DNA of 63,651 bases, filler included, from Octopus bimaculoides (taxonomy: Eukaryota), in NCBI RefSeq assembly GCF_001194135.2. It is 4 parts of 4 records of this genome, joined end to end, with 100 filler letters (N's around TTAATTAATTAA, not from the genome) between each part and the next. Parts side by side here need not be neighbours in the genome. Positions count along the whole stretch, not along the records: positions 1 to 15,434 come from NC_069006.1; 3 more parts are not named here. One strand, written 5' to 3'. Under the pieces are notes generated by a model, which was not told the DNA's origin, did not search any database, and was given only the letters and a program-made list of their open reading frames with translations. This document shows, in pieces, positions 1 through 13,193 of this stretch; the stretch's first letter is position 1; the number at the start of each line of letters is the position of its first letter. Made by a program: the position numbers and the translations under genes.

Positions 1-1696
1 TATATATATATATATATCAATGTGTGCTGAAAATTTAAATGTATGATAGTGTATATATGCACACATACATATATATGTGTGGGTGTGTGTATATATATAT
101 GCATCCACATATTTATATATATGTACATAAATGTATATGTGTATGTATGTTTGTATTTGTGTGTCTGTGTGTGTATATATATATATATATATACATATAA
201 ATGTATATGCATATACATAAACATTTATATATGTGTGCATATATATATATATACTCACATATGTATGTATGTATACACACACACACACACACACTAGTAT
301 TTAGGCTTTTAAAAAATGACGGCATTTCAAAGAAATAACTGGAGACTAGTATTTAATAAATACATTGACATAAAATAAATTCCATATATTTGATATAATA
401 AACTTGCATCCAAAGATTATTTAAGTTTTTATTGGAAATGCTTTCACGGATTGAATCCAAAATGGATTACGTAAATACGAGCGAAAGATTTATATAAGCG
501 TCTTAATCCTCTATTGAGGGTGAAACAATAACAAATTCACTTAATAAATCTATACTTTATCTTTTACGTGTTACAGTCATGGGAGCGCAGCCATGTTGGA
601 GCATCGCCTTAAAAGATTTGAAGACTGGTATATATTTTTGTCGGTCTCTTTTTCCGAAAGCGTTCAGTTTTGGGGACGAAAACAAACTGACACCGGTTAT
701 CAAGTAATGTAGTGTGGAAACAACAGCACGTATATATATACCACATATACAAATTGTGACATGTGTGAGTGTGTCTGTGTGTGTCTGTGTGTGTCTGTGT
801 ATCTGTGTCTGTGTGTGTATAAGTATAAATGTATGTTTATACGAAATATATATATATATATATATNNNNNNNNNNNNNNNNNNNNNNNNNNNNNNNNNNN
901 NNNNNNNNNNNNNNNNNNNNNNNNNNNNNNNNNNNNNNNNNNNNNNNNNNNNNNNNNNNNNNNNNNNNNNNNNNNNNNNNNNNNNNNNNNNNNNNNNNNN
1001 NNNNNNNNNNNNNNNNNNNNNNNNNNNNNNNNNNNNNNNNNNNNNNNNNNNNNNNNNNNNNNNNNNNNNNNNNNNNNNNNNNNNNNNNNNNNNNNNNNNN
1101 NNNNNNNNNNNNNNNNNNNNNNNNNNNNNNNNNNNNNNNNNNNNNNNNNNNNNNNNNNNNNNNNNNNNNNNNNNNNNNNNNNNNNNNNNNNNNNNNNNNN
1201 NNNNNNNNNNNNNNNNNNNNNNNNNNNNNNNNNNNNNNNNNNNNNNNNNNNNNNNNNNNNNNNNNNNNNNNNNNNNNNNNNNNNNNNNNNNNNNNNNNNN
1301 NNNNNNNNNNNNNNNNNNNNNNNNNNNNNNNNNNNNNNNNNNNNNNNNNNNNNNNNNNNNNNNNNNNNNNNNNNNNNNNNNNNNNNNNNNNNNNNNNNNN
1401 NNNNNNNNNNNNNNNNNNNNNNNNNNNNNNNNNNNNNNNNNNNNNNNNNNNNNNNNNNNNNNNNNNNNNNNNNNNNNNNNNNNNNNNNNNNNNNNNNNNN
1501 NNNNNNNNNNNNNNNNNNNNNNNNNNNNNNNNNNNNNNNNNNNNNNNNNNNNNNNNNNNNNNNNNATATATATATATATATATATATGTATACATATATA
1601 TATATATATATATAAATACAAGATCCAAGGATCGAGGTGTAGGAAGACAGTTAGTTTCAAGCAATCCCTTGAATCTTTCATGTGTTAACATGTACC

Positions 1697-3050
1697 TCCT
1701 TGTATATTCCATCGAAGAAACTTAGTCATGTAGACTACTTATCGAGTTTAATTCCCAAGAGCATGGAACCGGTAGAAGAGACCATGATAGCGTCATTGCA
1801 ATCAGAAAATGAAGTAAAAACCATTGTGTGTAACATCCGGTGACAGCACATGAAATCTGTGGAGGATAGTTACATTACAAGAATGAAAGAAACATTGAGA
1901 AATAAGCATAATAAAAATGCAAATTCGAATAATTTCTCACTCTGCGACAATGTCTTAATGTATACGCAGAGAGTAGTAGTTACCAAGTGCACTACAGAAA
2001 CGAATATTGCATCAATTCTACTGTGGGTACTCGGGAATGTCCAGAATGAAAGCTTCAATGAGGAGCTTTGTATATTGGCCGACTACGGACACGGACATCG
2101 AGAAACTGGTGAAAGCATGTTGAGGTTGCGGTTTGGCAACCAAAGCACCACCAGGAAAATACCAATCGTGGGCAGACCATGGGCTCATGGTCCAGGATAC
2201 ATATCGACAACGCTGGACCAGTGAACGGCGCATACTATCTAATCCTTGTGGATAGATATACAAAGTGCTTAGAGGTATGCAGATGTAATAAACCTAGAGC
2301 AAAGACAGCAATAAAATTCCTACTCGAGTTATTTGTTCGATACGGTGTTCCAGACACGTTAGTTTCAGATAATGGAACGCAATTCATGGGATATGAATTA
2401 AGAAATGTCTGCAAAATACATGCCATAAAGAACATCTTTACCCTGCCCTACCACCCGAAGTCCAATGGGCAGGTGGAAAGATTTGCCGACACATTCAAAA
2501 GAGTTCTAAGACAAGCTAGGAACGAGCTGGATAATGATGAGGCCCTAACGAAATTTTTGAGAGTATATAGAATAACGCCAAATCCAAATCCAAATTCAGG
2601 GAAGTCACCAGTCGAGTTAATGTTCCTGCGTAAAATAAAATCGATCTTTGATTAATTATTGCCAGAAAAAAAATATAAAGGAGAAACAAGAAATACATTT
2701 GAAGGAAACGCAAGAAATATTACAAAACATTTCGAAGTAGGAAATTTTAAGTTCATTTTAAAAATTACAAAAATGATAAAGAAAGTTGGGAGGTTAGCTG
2801 TGTAATCAAAATATTAGGTAACATGATGTATTTAATTAAAGGACAACGTTCGGAACATAAGAGACACCTTAACCAGTTAAAGATGAGACGAAGGGTAATA
2901 CCAATGGAAGTTTTCTATGATATGTTTGAAGTGTCAGCCCCGAGAGATATGGAACCCCGTAAAATTAGCTTCAGAAAACGAAAATAGTGAATATCTGGGA
3001 GTAATACCTTTAGGAAAAAAATATTAAATATTCAAAAAAGAAATAAAAAG
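1697..3050 (+). mobile_element. Ty3/Gypsy LTR retrotransposon pol remnant (RNase H C-terminus, integrase H2C2 region, integrase core); frameshifted
   Basis: ORF 2179-2655 reads SRIHIDNAGPVNGAYYLILVD...GVPDTLVSDNGTQF...PYHPKSNGQVERFADTFKR (rve core). Upstream frames give YIPSKKLSHVDYLS and CDNVLMYTQRVV. Stops and frameshifts are present and no LTR is adjacent. Confidence 0.92.
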
Positions 3051-3136
3051 GAAGCCATCCTGTAAATAAAATGAAGGAAGTAACTACAATAGAACAGAAT
3101 TCAATACGTGACAATGTTTAGAAGTCATGATACAAC

Positions 3137-3137
<1 letters not shown>

Positions 3138-3209
<72 letters not shown>

Positions 3210-3294
3210 TAATAATGAGAAGAAGAAGAAGAAGAAGAAGAAGAAGAAGAAGAAGAAGAAGAAGAAGAAGAAGAAGAAGAAGAAGAAGAAGAAT

Positions 3295-3348
<54 letters not shown>
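3138..3348. repeat. Compound trinucleotide microsatellite (AAT)n-(AAG)n-(ATG)n
   Basis: Seen directly; explains the poly-N/K/M and poly-S/Y ORFs. Confidence 0.95.
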
Positions 3349-4113
3349 GCAATTTTAACGATAAATGAAAAAGAATAAACGTTACTAGAAATATAACAGA
3401 CATCACGTTTTGAGTAAAGGAAACTCTCGGGAAATTCAAGGAAATAACGATTGCGTGACTTTCAAAGAAGCTGATAGGTTTTAATTTTGAACAGGATTAT
3501 TGTTGCAAAGTTTTTAAAAAATAATAAATGGCTGTTTAATTTATAACTATGTGTGAACGCATCTCACTGTGTGTATATGAGTATATTGTGTGTACGTATA
3601 CACATACATGTACATACACATATATTTATATATGCATACGCACACATACATATACATATATATGTGTGTGTGTGTGTATGTTTGTGTGTGTTTGTATGTA
3701 TATATATTTTTAACTAGTTGTTCCTTATCGTTTCTATGTTCTCACATCAGCAAAATGACACGAACTTCTTTACTAAATGGCGGCGTAACAGAAAAAAAAT
3801 AAAACAAAGGACAGACGCACTAAAAGAAAAAAGAAAAAGAACAGTGACGTTCTGTAGTGACGTCATAAACTAGCAGCTGTTTAAATTTCAATGATGTTTT
3901 ATTGTAAAGGTTCCTTGTCGTGACTATTTTAACCCATTAATGCAAAGACAGGAACTGATAAACTGGTTAAAAGTTATACAAAGATGGACGTCAGTGGAAA
4001 TGAATGACGTCATAAATTTTTGACGATTTCAAATGATTTTGTTCTTGTTTTAATCACAGACTACGTGTCACAAGTATTTTATCTCATTCGAACTATGACG
4101 CTTATTTGTGTAA

Positions 4114-4163
<50 letters not shown>

Positions 4164-4260
4164 CCCCACCCTGGACTTTACTGGCACGCGGCCAAGGACT
4201 CGGAATGCTCATACAAAATACTAGATCTAACTGGATTCCGAACTCTTGCTCCTGTGTTTC

Positions 4261-4836
4261 TGTTGTGTCGACGCCCCCAGGCGAAAAAGTAGGATCTCCC
4301 AAGACATATAAATAGAGGTAGTCTGGCCGTGCCTAATGTAATTGGGTTGGACGATGTAACCGAACTTATAACAGATGAAGACGCGAATTAAAAACTGTAT
4401 AAATAGAACGGTAAAATGAAACTGCGAGATTTGGGGTCTCGTAAGCATCCTTTTCATTTTAATAATTCATATTTTCATTCGTTAAATGTACCCCACGTTT
4501 TGTACTGTATTGTCTGTCCTTGTAATGTCCCCCTCTATGTAGTGGCCGTAGTGCCAAAATAAAGAGAGAAGTGTTGAGTAGCAGTCGAGTAGCTGTTGAG
4601 TAGCACTCGAGTGTTGAGTAGAAGTCGAGTAGCAGTTGTGTAGCAGTTGTGTAGCAGTTGAGTAGAGATCATCTGAAGGTACTAGATAGCAGTAGCTTGA
4701 GACATAACAGTGGCGACGAGGATTTCGTAGCTAACACAGCCACCGTGTAGTATTGCAACGAGGTTTCTAATAGCACCAAAAATGGAAGAGTTACTGAAGG
4801 CAGTAGTGAAACAAGAGCAGCAAGTGAGACATAACA
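4261..4836 (+). mobile_element. Internally deleted Gypsy element: LTR 4261-4709, PBS 4711-4723, gag start 4782, residual 3' LTR end 4825-4836
   Basis: TG...CA LTR ends. PBS TGGCGACGAGGAT is complementary to the conserved 3' end of metazoan tRNA-Ser(GCU). MEELLKAVVKQEQQ is gag-like. The LTR terminus GAGACATAACA recurs at 4826-4836. TSD GTTTC at 4256-4260 and 4837-4841. Confidence 0.85.
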
Positions 4837-5667
4837 GTTTCATATTGGTTTCAAATTATGGCGCAAGGCCAGCAATTTCAGGGATGGGAATGATGGGTGA
4901 GCGAGATGGGAAAGTTGGTTATATCGACTTCGGTTTCAAATTGGTACTCATTTTATCGACCCCGAAAGTCTTCGGCGGAACGTAAAGCCGGACGAAAATG
5001 NNNNNNNNNNNNNNNNNNNNNNNNNNNNNNNNNNNNNNNNNNNNNNNNNNNNNNNNNNNNNNNNNNNNNNNNNNNNNNNNNNNNNNNNNNNNNNNNNNNN
5101 NNNNNNNNNNNNNNNNNNNNNNNNNNNNNNNNNNNNNNNNNNNNNNNNNNNNNNNNNNNNNNNNNNNNNNNNNNNNNNNNNNNNNNNNNNNNNNNNNNNN
5201 NNNNNNNNNNNNNNNNNNNNNNNNNNNNNNNNNNNNNNNNNNNNNNNNNNNNNNNNNNNNNNNNNNNNNNNNNNNNNNNNNNNNNNNNNNNNNNNNNNNN
5301 NNNNNNNNNNNNNNNNNNNNNNNNNNNNNNNNNNNNNNNNNNNNNNNNNNNNNNNNNNNNNNNNNNNNNNNNNNNNNNNNNNNNNNNNNNNNNNNNNNNN
5401 NNNNNNNNNNNNNNNNNNNNNNNNNNNNNNNNNNNNNNNNNNNNNNNNNNNNNNNNNNNNNNNNNNNNNNNNNNNNNNNNNNNNNNNNNNNNNNNNNNNN
5501 NNNNNNNNNNNNNNNNNNNNNNNNNNNNNNNNNNNNNNNNNNNNNNNNNNNNNNNNNNNNNNNNNNNNNNNNNNNNNNNNNNNNNNNNNNNNNNNNTATA
5601 TATATATATATATAGGAAGAGATCGAAAGAGAGAGAGAGACAGAGAGAGATAGCTAGCTAGCTAGAC

Positions 5668-5734
<67 letters not shown>

Positions 5735-6539
5735 AGCACACACACACACACATATAAATGCCATGTAAACTATGCACCCAGAAAATTTAAAATGAACAGG
5801 AGGAGCAATTATTTTATCGACCACAGAACTCTTCGAGGAGATGCCTCGAGAGGTCTGCAATCAACTTAAAGGACTAAAAGACTAACCACAACAAGACAAC
5901 GATGTAATTACACTCAATATCTTAAATATTAAAACAGAGAGACGAGAGTGTGCTCAAGTAGAAGATCTCATATTAATTGGCCCCAAAATGTAATCGGAGA
6001 TTATTACCATTATATCAATTTTGCACGATTTTTCTATTTAATTATTTTATTAATTTTATCATATTTTTTATTAAAAATTTTAAAAATCGATTTGATTGCA
6101 TTACGTTTAATTTTGTCTGTTAATATATATGGATTTTTTTTGCTTTTATTTCTTTTGTATTTCATACTTTGTATTTTGTAAATCTATCATCTGTGAAATT
6201 ATTTGAGCTGTAAAATTTAATAATTTAATAAAAGTTTAATAATAAAATATCATTGTTGATAATTAGAAAAGAATATGATAAAGGAAACGGAAGCAAGGAA
6301 TTAATTAAGAAGTATTTCCGTTGCAAACGAAAGAATGTGTGCGTGTGTGTATGTTTGTGTGTGTGTGAGTCTGTGCTTACGTGTTTGTATGTGTGTGTTT
6401 ATATGTGTGTATTTATGTGTGTATGTGTGTTTGTGTGTGTTAATGTGTGTGTATGTGTGAGTCTGTGCTTATGTGTGTGTTTATGTGTGTGTATTTATGT
6501 GTGTATGTGTGTTTGTGTGTGTTAATGTGTGTTGTGGGG

Positions 6540-6720
6540 GTAGACCTTTCACATTTTACTTGTTTCAGTCATTAACTTGCGGCCATGCTGGGACATCACT
6601 TCGAAGGTTTTAAACGAACAAATCGGCGCCAGTACATATTCTTTTAAAAATCGGGTAGTTATTTTAGCGTTTTCTTATGCCGAACCGTTAAGTGTTTCAC
6701 CGGGATTTGAACTCTGCAAA
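6540..6720 (-). mobile_element. SINE family A, 3' fragment
   Basis: Matches the CAGCATGGCCGCAGT...AATGACTGAAACAAG tail of the 52303-52730 copy. Confidence 0.7.
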
Positions 6721-6767
6721 TTCACTGCCGCACTCACCACTCTGCAATATTTAATGTAAGCACAGAG

Positions 6768-6900
6768 CGATGAGCTGGCAAAATCGTTAACACACCGGGA
6801 AGAATGTTTAGCGGCATTTCGTCCATCCTTACGTTCTGAGTTCAAATTCCGCCAAAGTCGACTTTGCCTTTCATTCTTTCAGGGACGATGAAATAAGAAC
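6768..6900 (+). mobile_element. SINE family B (GAGCTGGCAGAATCGTTAGC...TTCTGAGTTCAAATTCCGCC)
   Basis: Degenerate A/B-box head; homologous to copies at 17600, 39090, 39300 and 59395. Confidence 0.7.
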
Positions 6901-7528
6901 CTGCTGTCCTTCTACCAAAATCTGAAAACAAGTTCGGTAATTAAGTGGTCTGCAAAGCTTTATTGTTTCTTTATTTTATCGAACTCTGGAAAGATGAAAG
7001 GTAAATTTGACGTGGGCGGGATTTGAACTTAAAGCGCCCCGCGCCCCCCAGGAAACAAACAAAACTAAAGGAAGCCACTTTGTACGACGTTCTAACGATT
7101 CCACCAAAACAGTAATCAATAAATCTGTTTCTTTTTTTTTATTTCCCCCAAAAAGAAATCGAGTAATTACTGCAGTATTTATTATGTCATAAAAATATTG
7201 TATAGATTATTGATATATGGACAGAAAAATATCAAGTAGACAGCGAGCAGGAATATGTGTGCGCGAGCAAAGACCNNNNNNNNNNCTACACACACACACA
7301 CACACACATGTAGGTATGCATATAAATACGTGTGTGTGTGTGTGTGTGTGTGTGTTGGTACAGGAAGTTCTTTGACTTTCTTTCCTTTCTGCTGCAATTT
7401 CTTGAGCTTGTAGATTTTCAACGAAGTTGATATTTCAACGTAAATCTCTTCATGACCGCCATCTTATGTTCAATGTATATGTACTTATGGTATCTACATA
7501 CTGGTATATGTGTGAGTATGAATATAGC

Positions 7529-7590
<62 letters not shown>

Positions 7591-7872
7591 TATATATTTA
7601 TATGCTTTTCCATATAAGTATATAGAAATATACACACAAGTATGCATACATCACTTCACGTAAGTATGAGTATGCTTGTATGCAAAAGTAAATTTGTGTT
7701 CATATATACATACATAGATACATACATATATATAAGTACACATATATAACCATATACATATAAGTATATCGAAATAGAAATATACACACAAGTATGCATA
7801 TATCACTTCACGTAAGTATAACTACGTTTGCATGCAAAAGTAAATATGTGTTCATATATGCAGCTGCAATAC

Positions 7873-7939
<67 letters not shown>

Positions 7940-8875
7940 CATACATACATACATACATGCATACACACAAATAAACGTATTTCTGGTGGTGTTTTTATTA
8001 GCATTTTAACTAAAATAGGCAGGCACGCTCACATACAAATAGCAGCATACACGTGAACACGATTTTACACTCACATATACATACGCTCACCCACCCGTCC
8101 ATCCATCCATGCACGCCTACATTTATACACTCATCCGTCCATCCATCCATCCATCCATCCATACATACATACATACACACATACATACATATATGCACAT
8201 ACCACGTACATACAGCGCTGTTATATATATCTGCTTTCGTTTCATTACCATTGCTTTAGTTATATGTAATTAGATATCAAAGATAAATTTACGACTTAGT
8301 CGCCGATACTCTCTTCCCGTGTTAGGATTCTGAGAATTGTTGGAGTATTAATGGCTGGGTCGTAAATATATGACGAGACACTTTGATTTATTTATAACCA
8401 ATAATTCTTTCCTAGATGACTTTATAATGATGTCGGCTATTTGCGATTACTTTACTCTTCATTGATGTTTGTTTTATCTTTGCATCATTTCGATAGTTAT
8501 TTTCTGCCAGCGTCTTCAGGTGTTACTCTTGATCTTGGTGAAGAATTTAGACTTCTAATCCTTCTTTGTTTCTTGGGGTTTTTTTACCCTTTTTTTTTTT
8601 TTTTTTTGCTTTATAATTGAAGTGTTGCATTCTGTTCTCGTCTTTCTCCAATTGCTTCATCTTTTCAGATTATTTTCTCTTCTTCTATATATTTCCCCTT
8701 GTACTTGTCTTAGTCATTGGACTGCGACCATGCTGGGTCACCACCTTGAAGGATTCTTAGTCGAATTAATCGCCCCCAGTACTGATTCTGTCGATTTATT
8801 TTGCCGACGGTGACGTAAACTCCCCAGCACAAATATGTGCGTGTGTGTGCTGGGTGACACACACACACACACACA

Positions 8876-8916
<41 letters not shown>

Positions 8917-9073
8917 NNNNNNNNNNNNNNNNNNNNNNNNNNNNNNNNNNNNNNNNNNNNNNNNNNNNNNNNNNNNNNNNNNNNNNNNNNNNNNNNNNNN
9001 NNNNNNNNNNNNNNNNNNNTGTAGGAAGAAATAATATTAATACTAATACTAATACTAATACTACTACTACTAC

Positions 9074-9213
<140 letters not shown>

Positions 9214-9739
9214 TTGGATATCTTCATTGGCTCTTATGCCGTAAATACCAATATGAAGTAACAGAAAAGTGGTATGAGCATGTACCAAGTAAAGCTATGC
9301 AGCAGGATGGAAAAGTAACGATAGTCTGGGACTATGACTTTCAGACGGATCGTGTAATCGAACACCGTCGGCCGGATATTGTCATATGGAGTAAGAGAGA
9401 GAAATACTGTCAGATCATTGATGCAGCCAAATGACATGAATGTTGTGAATAAAGAGGTTGAAAAAAATCACGAAGTACTCCGAACTGAAAGTGGAAATGG
9501 AAAGACTGTATGGAATGCGAGATACCAGTGGTGATCGGAACGTTGGGCTCAATCCCATTAAAACTTCAAGACTTCTTAAGGTAAATGGAAATCCCATGCA
9601 AGATTGATGTCTTGCAAAAAGCAGCCTTATTTGGCACAGCGGACATCTTAAGGAAAGTATTATCGGTCTAAGATACTTGTTGTGACTTGACAGGTGACTA
9701 AAGATTCCGATGCATTTTTACCTACACTGTGTTACGAAG

Positions 9740-9740
<1 letters not shown>
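9214..9740 (+). mobile_element. 5'-truncated R4/Dong-type non-LTR retrotransposon (restriction-like endonuclease C-terminus plus 3' UTR), flanked by (TAA)n
   Basis: GYLHWLLCRKY...KWYEHVP...IVWDYDFQTDRVIEHRRPDIVI...IID then VVIGTLGSIP...LQKAALFGTADILRKVLSV* (PD-D motif; stop at 9669-9671). Confidence 0.85.
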
Positions 9741-9800
<60 letters not shown>

Positions 9801-11345
9801 TGTCTTCAATATTTCCATTCCGGCTCCTTTAAATTCTGAATTCAAATCCTGTCGAGGTCAACTTTATTTTTCATTCCTCCGGGGTCGATCAATATAATGA
9901 AGCACCATTGAAATACTAGATTGGATGGCATCACCTAACGACCTCCTCTCAAATCTGCTGGCCTTGTGTGTAAATTAGTAATAAATATCTCATTTTACAC
10001 ACTGAAACGAATTATAACGTATACAAAAAAAATTAAGAGAACACTTTTCAAATATTGATGAATTTTCACATAATACAAATAATTGTCATTAATAAAAAAA
10101 ATATGTTAATAAAGACTTAAGTACTTTAAGATGATATCGTATCAATCAATATTGAATATTGATACGCTAAGCAACCAATTTTTGAAACTGTCATACTGTT
10201 ATACAGTAAATCTATTGAACAGATATAAGTATTAGCTGACACTGCGTAAACAACTGGATGTTGTGACGGCCCTTCATTACGATCAAACGAAGTAAACTAC
10301 GTTGCCATTGGTTTATCTATTATTTTTGTTCTCTGTCGGTCGCAAACTCACGTAAACTATGTTACATTTGTGGTGTGCCTGGCGGCAGTTATTATAAGGG
10401 AAATAATCACTGTTTGATCTATTATGCGGAATTAGAAGTTTGAATTTTAAATCAAACGAAGTCGCTGGAACGCTACAGCAAGTGCATTGAAGTCAAAGCA
10501 TCCTACTTTGAAGGAGGTTAGTTCTGTATTTCTTTGAAATCAATAAATGTCTCTCCTGAAACAGTCACAAAACTTCTGGCATGCATCTCGTACATATTAA
10601 ATAACAGTTTGACTATTAAATAATACATGAGTATTAAATACATGACTGTAGCTCCTACGAAATGTATTGAATTCTACTTCATTAAGTTTGCCCACCTCCC
10701 CTTACTCATTACGAAGATCTTAAAATGTCTAGCCATTCTGATTTAAAATCGTGAGCATGACGTAACCCGAGACTATTGCTACTATCTGTCGGTCACAAAA
10801 CCTGATAGAAATGACACCGTTCATTTTCTGGTTAACAAGCAGTTTTGTGTCATAAACGTGAAATTAATTGCTTTGCAAGTGACAATTATTTCCATAATTT
10901 CATAAACGCAGTTACTTAATTACACTAGTATGTTCTACTGATGGCATGAACATTTCTAAACCAGTAACTGAGGTACCCTGCTTCAGCGTATATTCAACAA
11001 CGAACACCAATGGAAAACTACAGAGACGCGTTTGATATCCGACGGGTAGGCTTCCTATGTTAGTTTAAGCTACATATATATTTGTGAGGCTGTGAACCAT
11101 TTTTTAAAGCTTTTGTTGGTCGAACGATGAGAGTATCAATATTCAGACAATCAAAGAGAAGTGGATGCCTGCCAAGAAAAAAACTCAGGTGACCATGCGG
11201 AATGAGTGCTGTCTATTGACATCTATGTCTATAAGCATAAGAGGCAAAATATATTCAGAGGTATATTTCTTATTAGAAACTATGAAATCTTGACGTAGAA
11301 AATCGGACAAAAATAGCTCTATGGACGGAAAAAAAAGTGACCAGC

Positions 11346-11418
11346 AGCCACTACAGAGAATCGAACACTGTACCTCCCAAATTCAAGCTGAGCGATCTGT
11401 ACCATAGACTAAACGGCC
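11346..11418 (-). pseudogene. tRNA-like sequence (tRNA-Pro-like body, TGA in anticodon position, short variable loop)
   Basis: GGCCGTT TA GTCT ATGGTAC AGAT..CTCAG CTTGAAT TTGGG AGGTA CAGTG TTCGATT CTCTG..AGTGGCT folds into an imperfect cloverleaf, with a T-run about 10 nt downstream. Confidence 0.4.
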
Positions 11419-12112
11419 CCTGACAACAGAATATCTCACTCACTCGATTCTTCTATGTTTGTTTCTAAAAATGGTCTCACATTCCAAAAGGAATTATTTA
11501 GCGTTGTAAAAGACGATATATGTTGTCAGCAGTTGTGTGGCTTAATGATACACCAGCGCTCGGGTTATAAACACTCAACTCCTTAATATTTGTTTATAAG
11601 AATGTTCAGAGACGTGTAAAAGAACTTCACGTGCGTTCTATTGCATCGTTTTCATATTATAATTATACAATGAAAATATAGGATTTCACTTATTTCCGAT
11701 TTCTATCACAATTTGCTTTCGCTTTTATAGGAAAACCAAACTGCTTGTTACTTCCCCCCACCCTGTCCATTTTTTTCCTTTTTCTTTTTTCTTTTCTGCT
11801 CCTCTCCCTCAACACGGAACGGGGTTTGAATTTAGACCACTCAGAGCCGGAAGAGATTCACAAAGTTATTTAGTCCTTCCCGCTAGCAATTCCACTCTGA
11901 ACTGGTTCTTCATATGCCTACCTTGAAAGAATGAAAGGCAAAGGTGAGCTCGGCGGAATTTGAACTCAGAGCGTTAAGAATAGGAACGAATTCTTCAAGT
12001 AGTTAACCTGTTGTACTCATAGTTGCATGATTGTGGTTTCGATTCCCGGACTGAGCAGTACATAGTGTTTCACATTGTTCCAGGCCGCAAAGCTGTGTGA
12101 TAAGAAGTTATA

Positions 12113-12410
12113 GGCGCATGCGCGGCTGTGTGGTAAAAAGTTTACTTCCAAGCCACATAGTTCCGGGTTCAGTCCCACTGCGTGACACCTTGGTCAAGCG
12201 CCTTCTGCTATAGCTTTGGGCCGACTAAAGCCTGTGCCAGTGGATTTGATAGACGGAAACTGAAAGAAGTCCGTTGTATATATGTGTGTTTGTGATTGTG
12301 TGTGTCTTTGGGTCTATGTTTATTCCCCACCCCCACACCGCTTGACAATCGGTGTTGCCGTATTTAGTCCCCGTAACTTAGCAGTTCGGTAGAAGAAACC
12401 GATAGAATAA
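12113..12410 (+). mobile_element. tRNA-derived SINE family A, 3'-truncated
   Basis: GGCGCA..GGCTGTGTGGTAA...GTTCCGGGTTCAGTCCC head; body matches 52303-52730. Confidence 0.85.
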
Positions 12411-12832
12411 CTGAGCAGTTGCGAAAGGCTATCAAGACCAAACGCCCAGGAAAGCTGACGCAGGGTCTTGTATGCTTCAGCACGCAATATCCTGCTTTCA
12501 ATGGCTGCTGCGTGTGACTGTGGCTTTGACCTTGCGGGTCGTCCTACGTACTCTCCTGATCTGACAACATTTATCATCTGTTCCCCAACACAAGAAAACA
12601 CTTGGCTGGGAACCAGTATCCCAGTATAGTAGTGATTATGACGTCATATCCGCTGTTGATGACTTTTTTTGACCAACCGGATGAAAGCTTCTTCTCCAGA
12701 TCCAAGCACTGCAACACCGACGGAAGAAATGTATGGACCGGAAGGGAGAATGTGCTGAAAAATAAGCTTCATAGGATAACATTCCATGAGAGATCTCGGT
12801 CAGCTTGTGGACTTTCCAGCCAGCGCTCACAT
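12411..12832 (+). mobile_element. mariner transposase 3' remnant with terminal sequence
   Basis: RKAIKTKRPGKLTQG...AMAAACDCGFDL..PTYSPDL...KHLAG...DVISAVDDFFDQPDESFF; frameshifted. Confidence 0.8.
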
Positions 12833-13193
12833 ATCTCTTTTAGTCTTTTACTTGTTTCAGTCATTTGACTGCGGCCATGCTGGAACACCGCCTTTTTTAG
12901 TTGAGCAAATCGACCCCAGGACTTATTCTTTGGAAGCTTAGTACTTATTCTATCGGTCTCTTTTTGCCGAACCGCTAAGTTACGGGGACGTAAACACACC
13001 AGCATCGGTTGTCAAGTGATTGTGGGGGGACAAACACAGACGCACAAACATATATATATACATATATACGACGGGCTTCTTTCAGTTTCCGTCTACCAAA
13101 TCCACTCAGAAGGCTTTGGTCGGCCCGAGGCTATAGTATAAGACACTTGCCCAAGGTGCCACGCAGTGGGACTGAACCCAGAACCATGTGGTT
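12833..13193 (-). mobile_element. tRNA-derived SINE family A (head runs into gap)
   Basis: Reverse complement of the 52303-52730 copy over about 360 bp. Confidence 0.88.

Noticed and set aside
1697-4836. Treating the pol remnant and the LTR at 4261 as one element
   Set aside because: The TSD pair brackets 4261-4836 only, a PBS follows this LTR and unrelated sequence intervenes; they are separate insertions.
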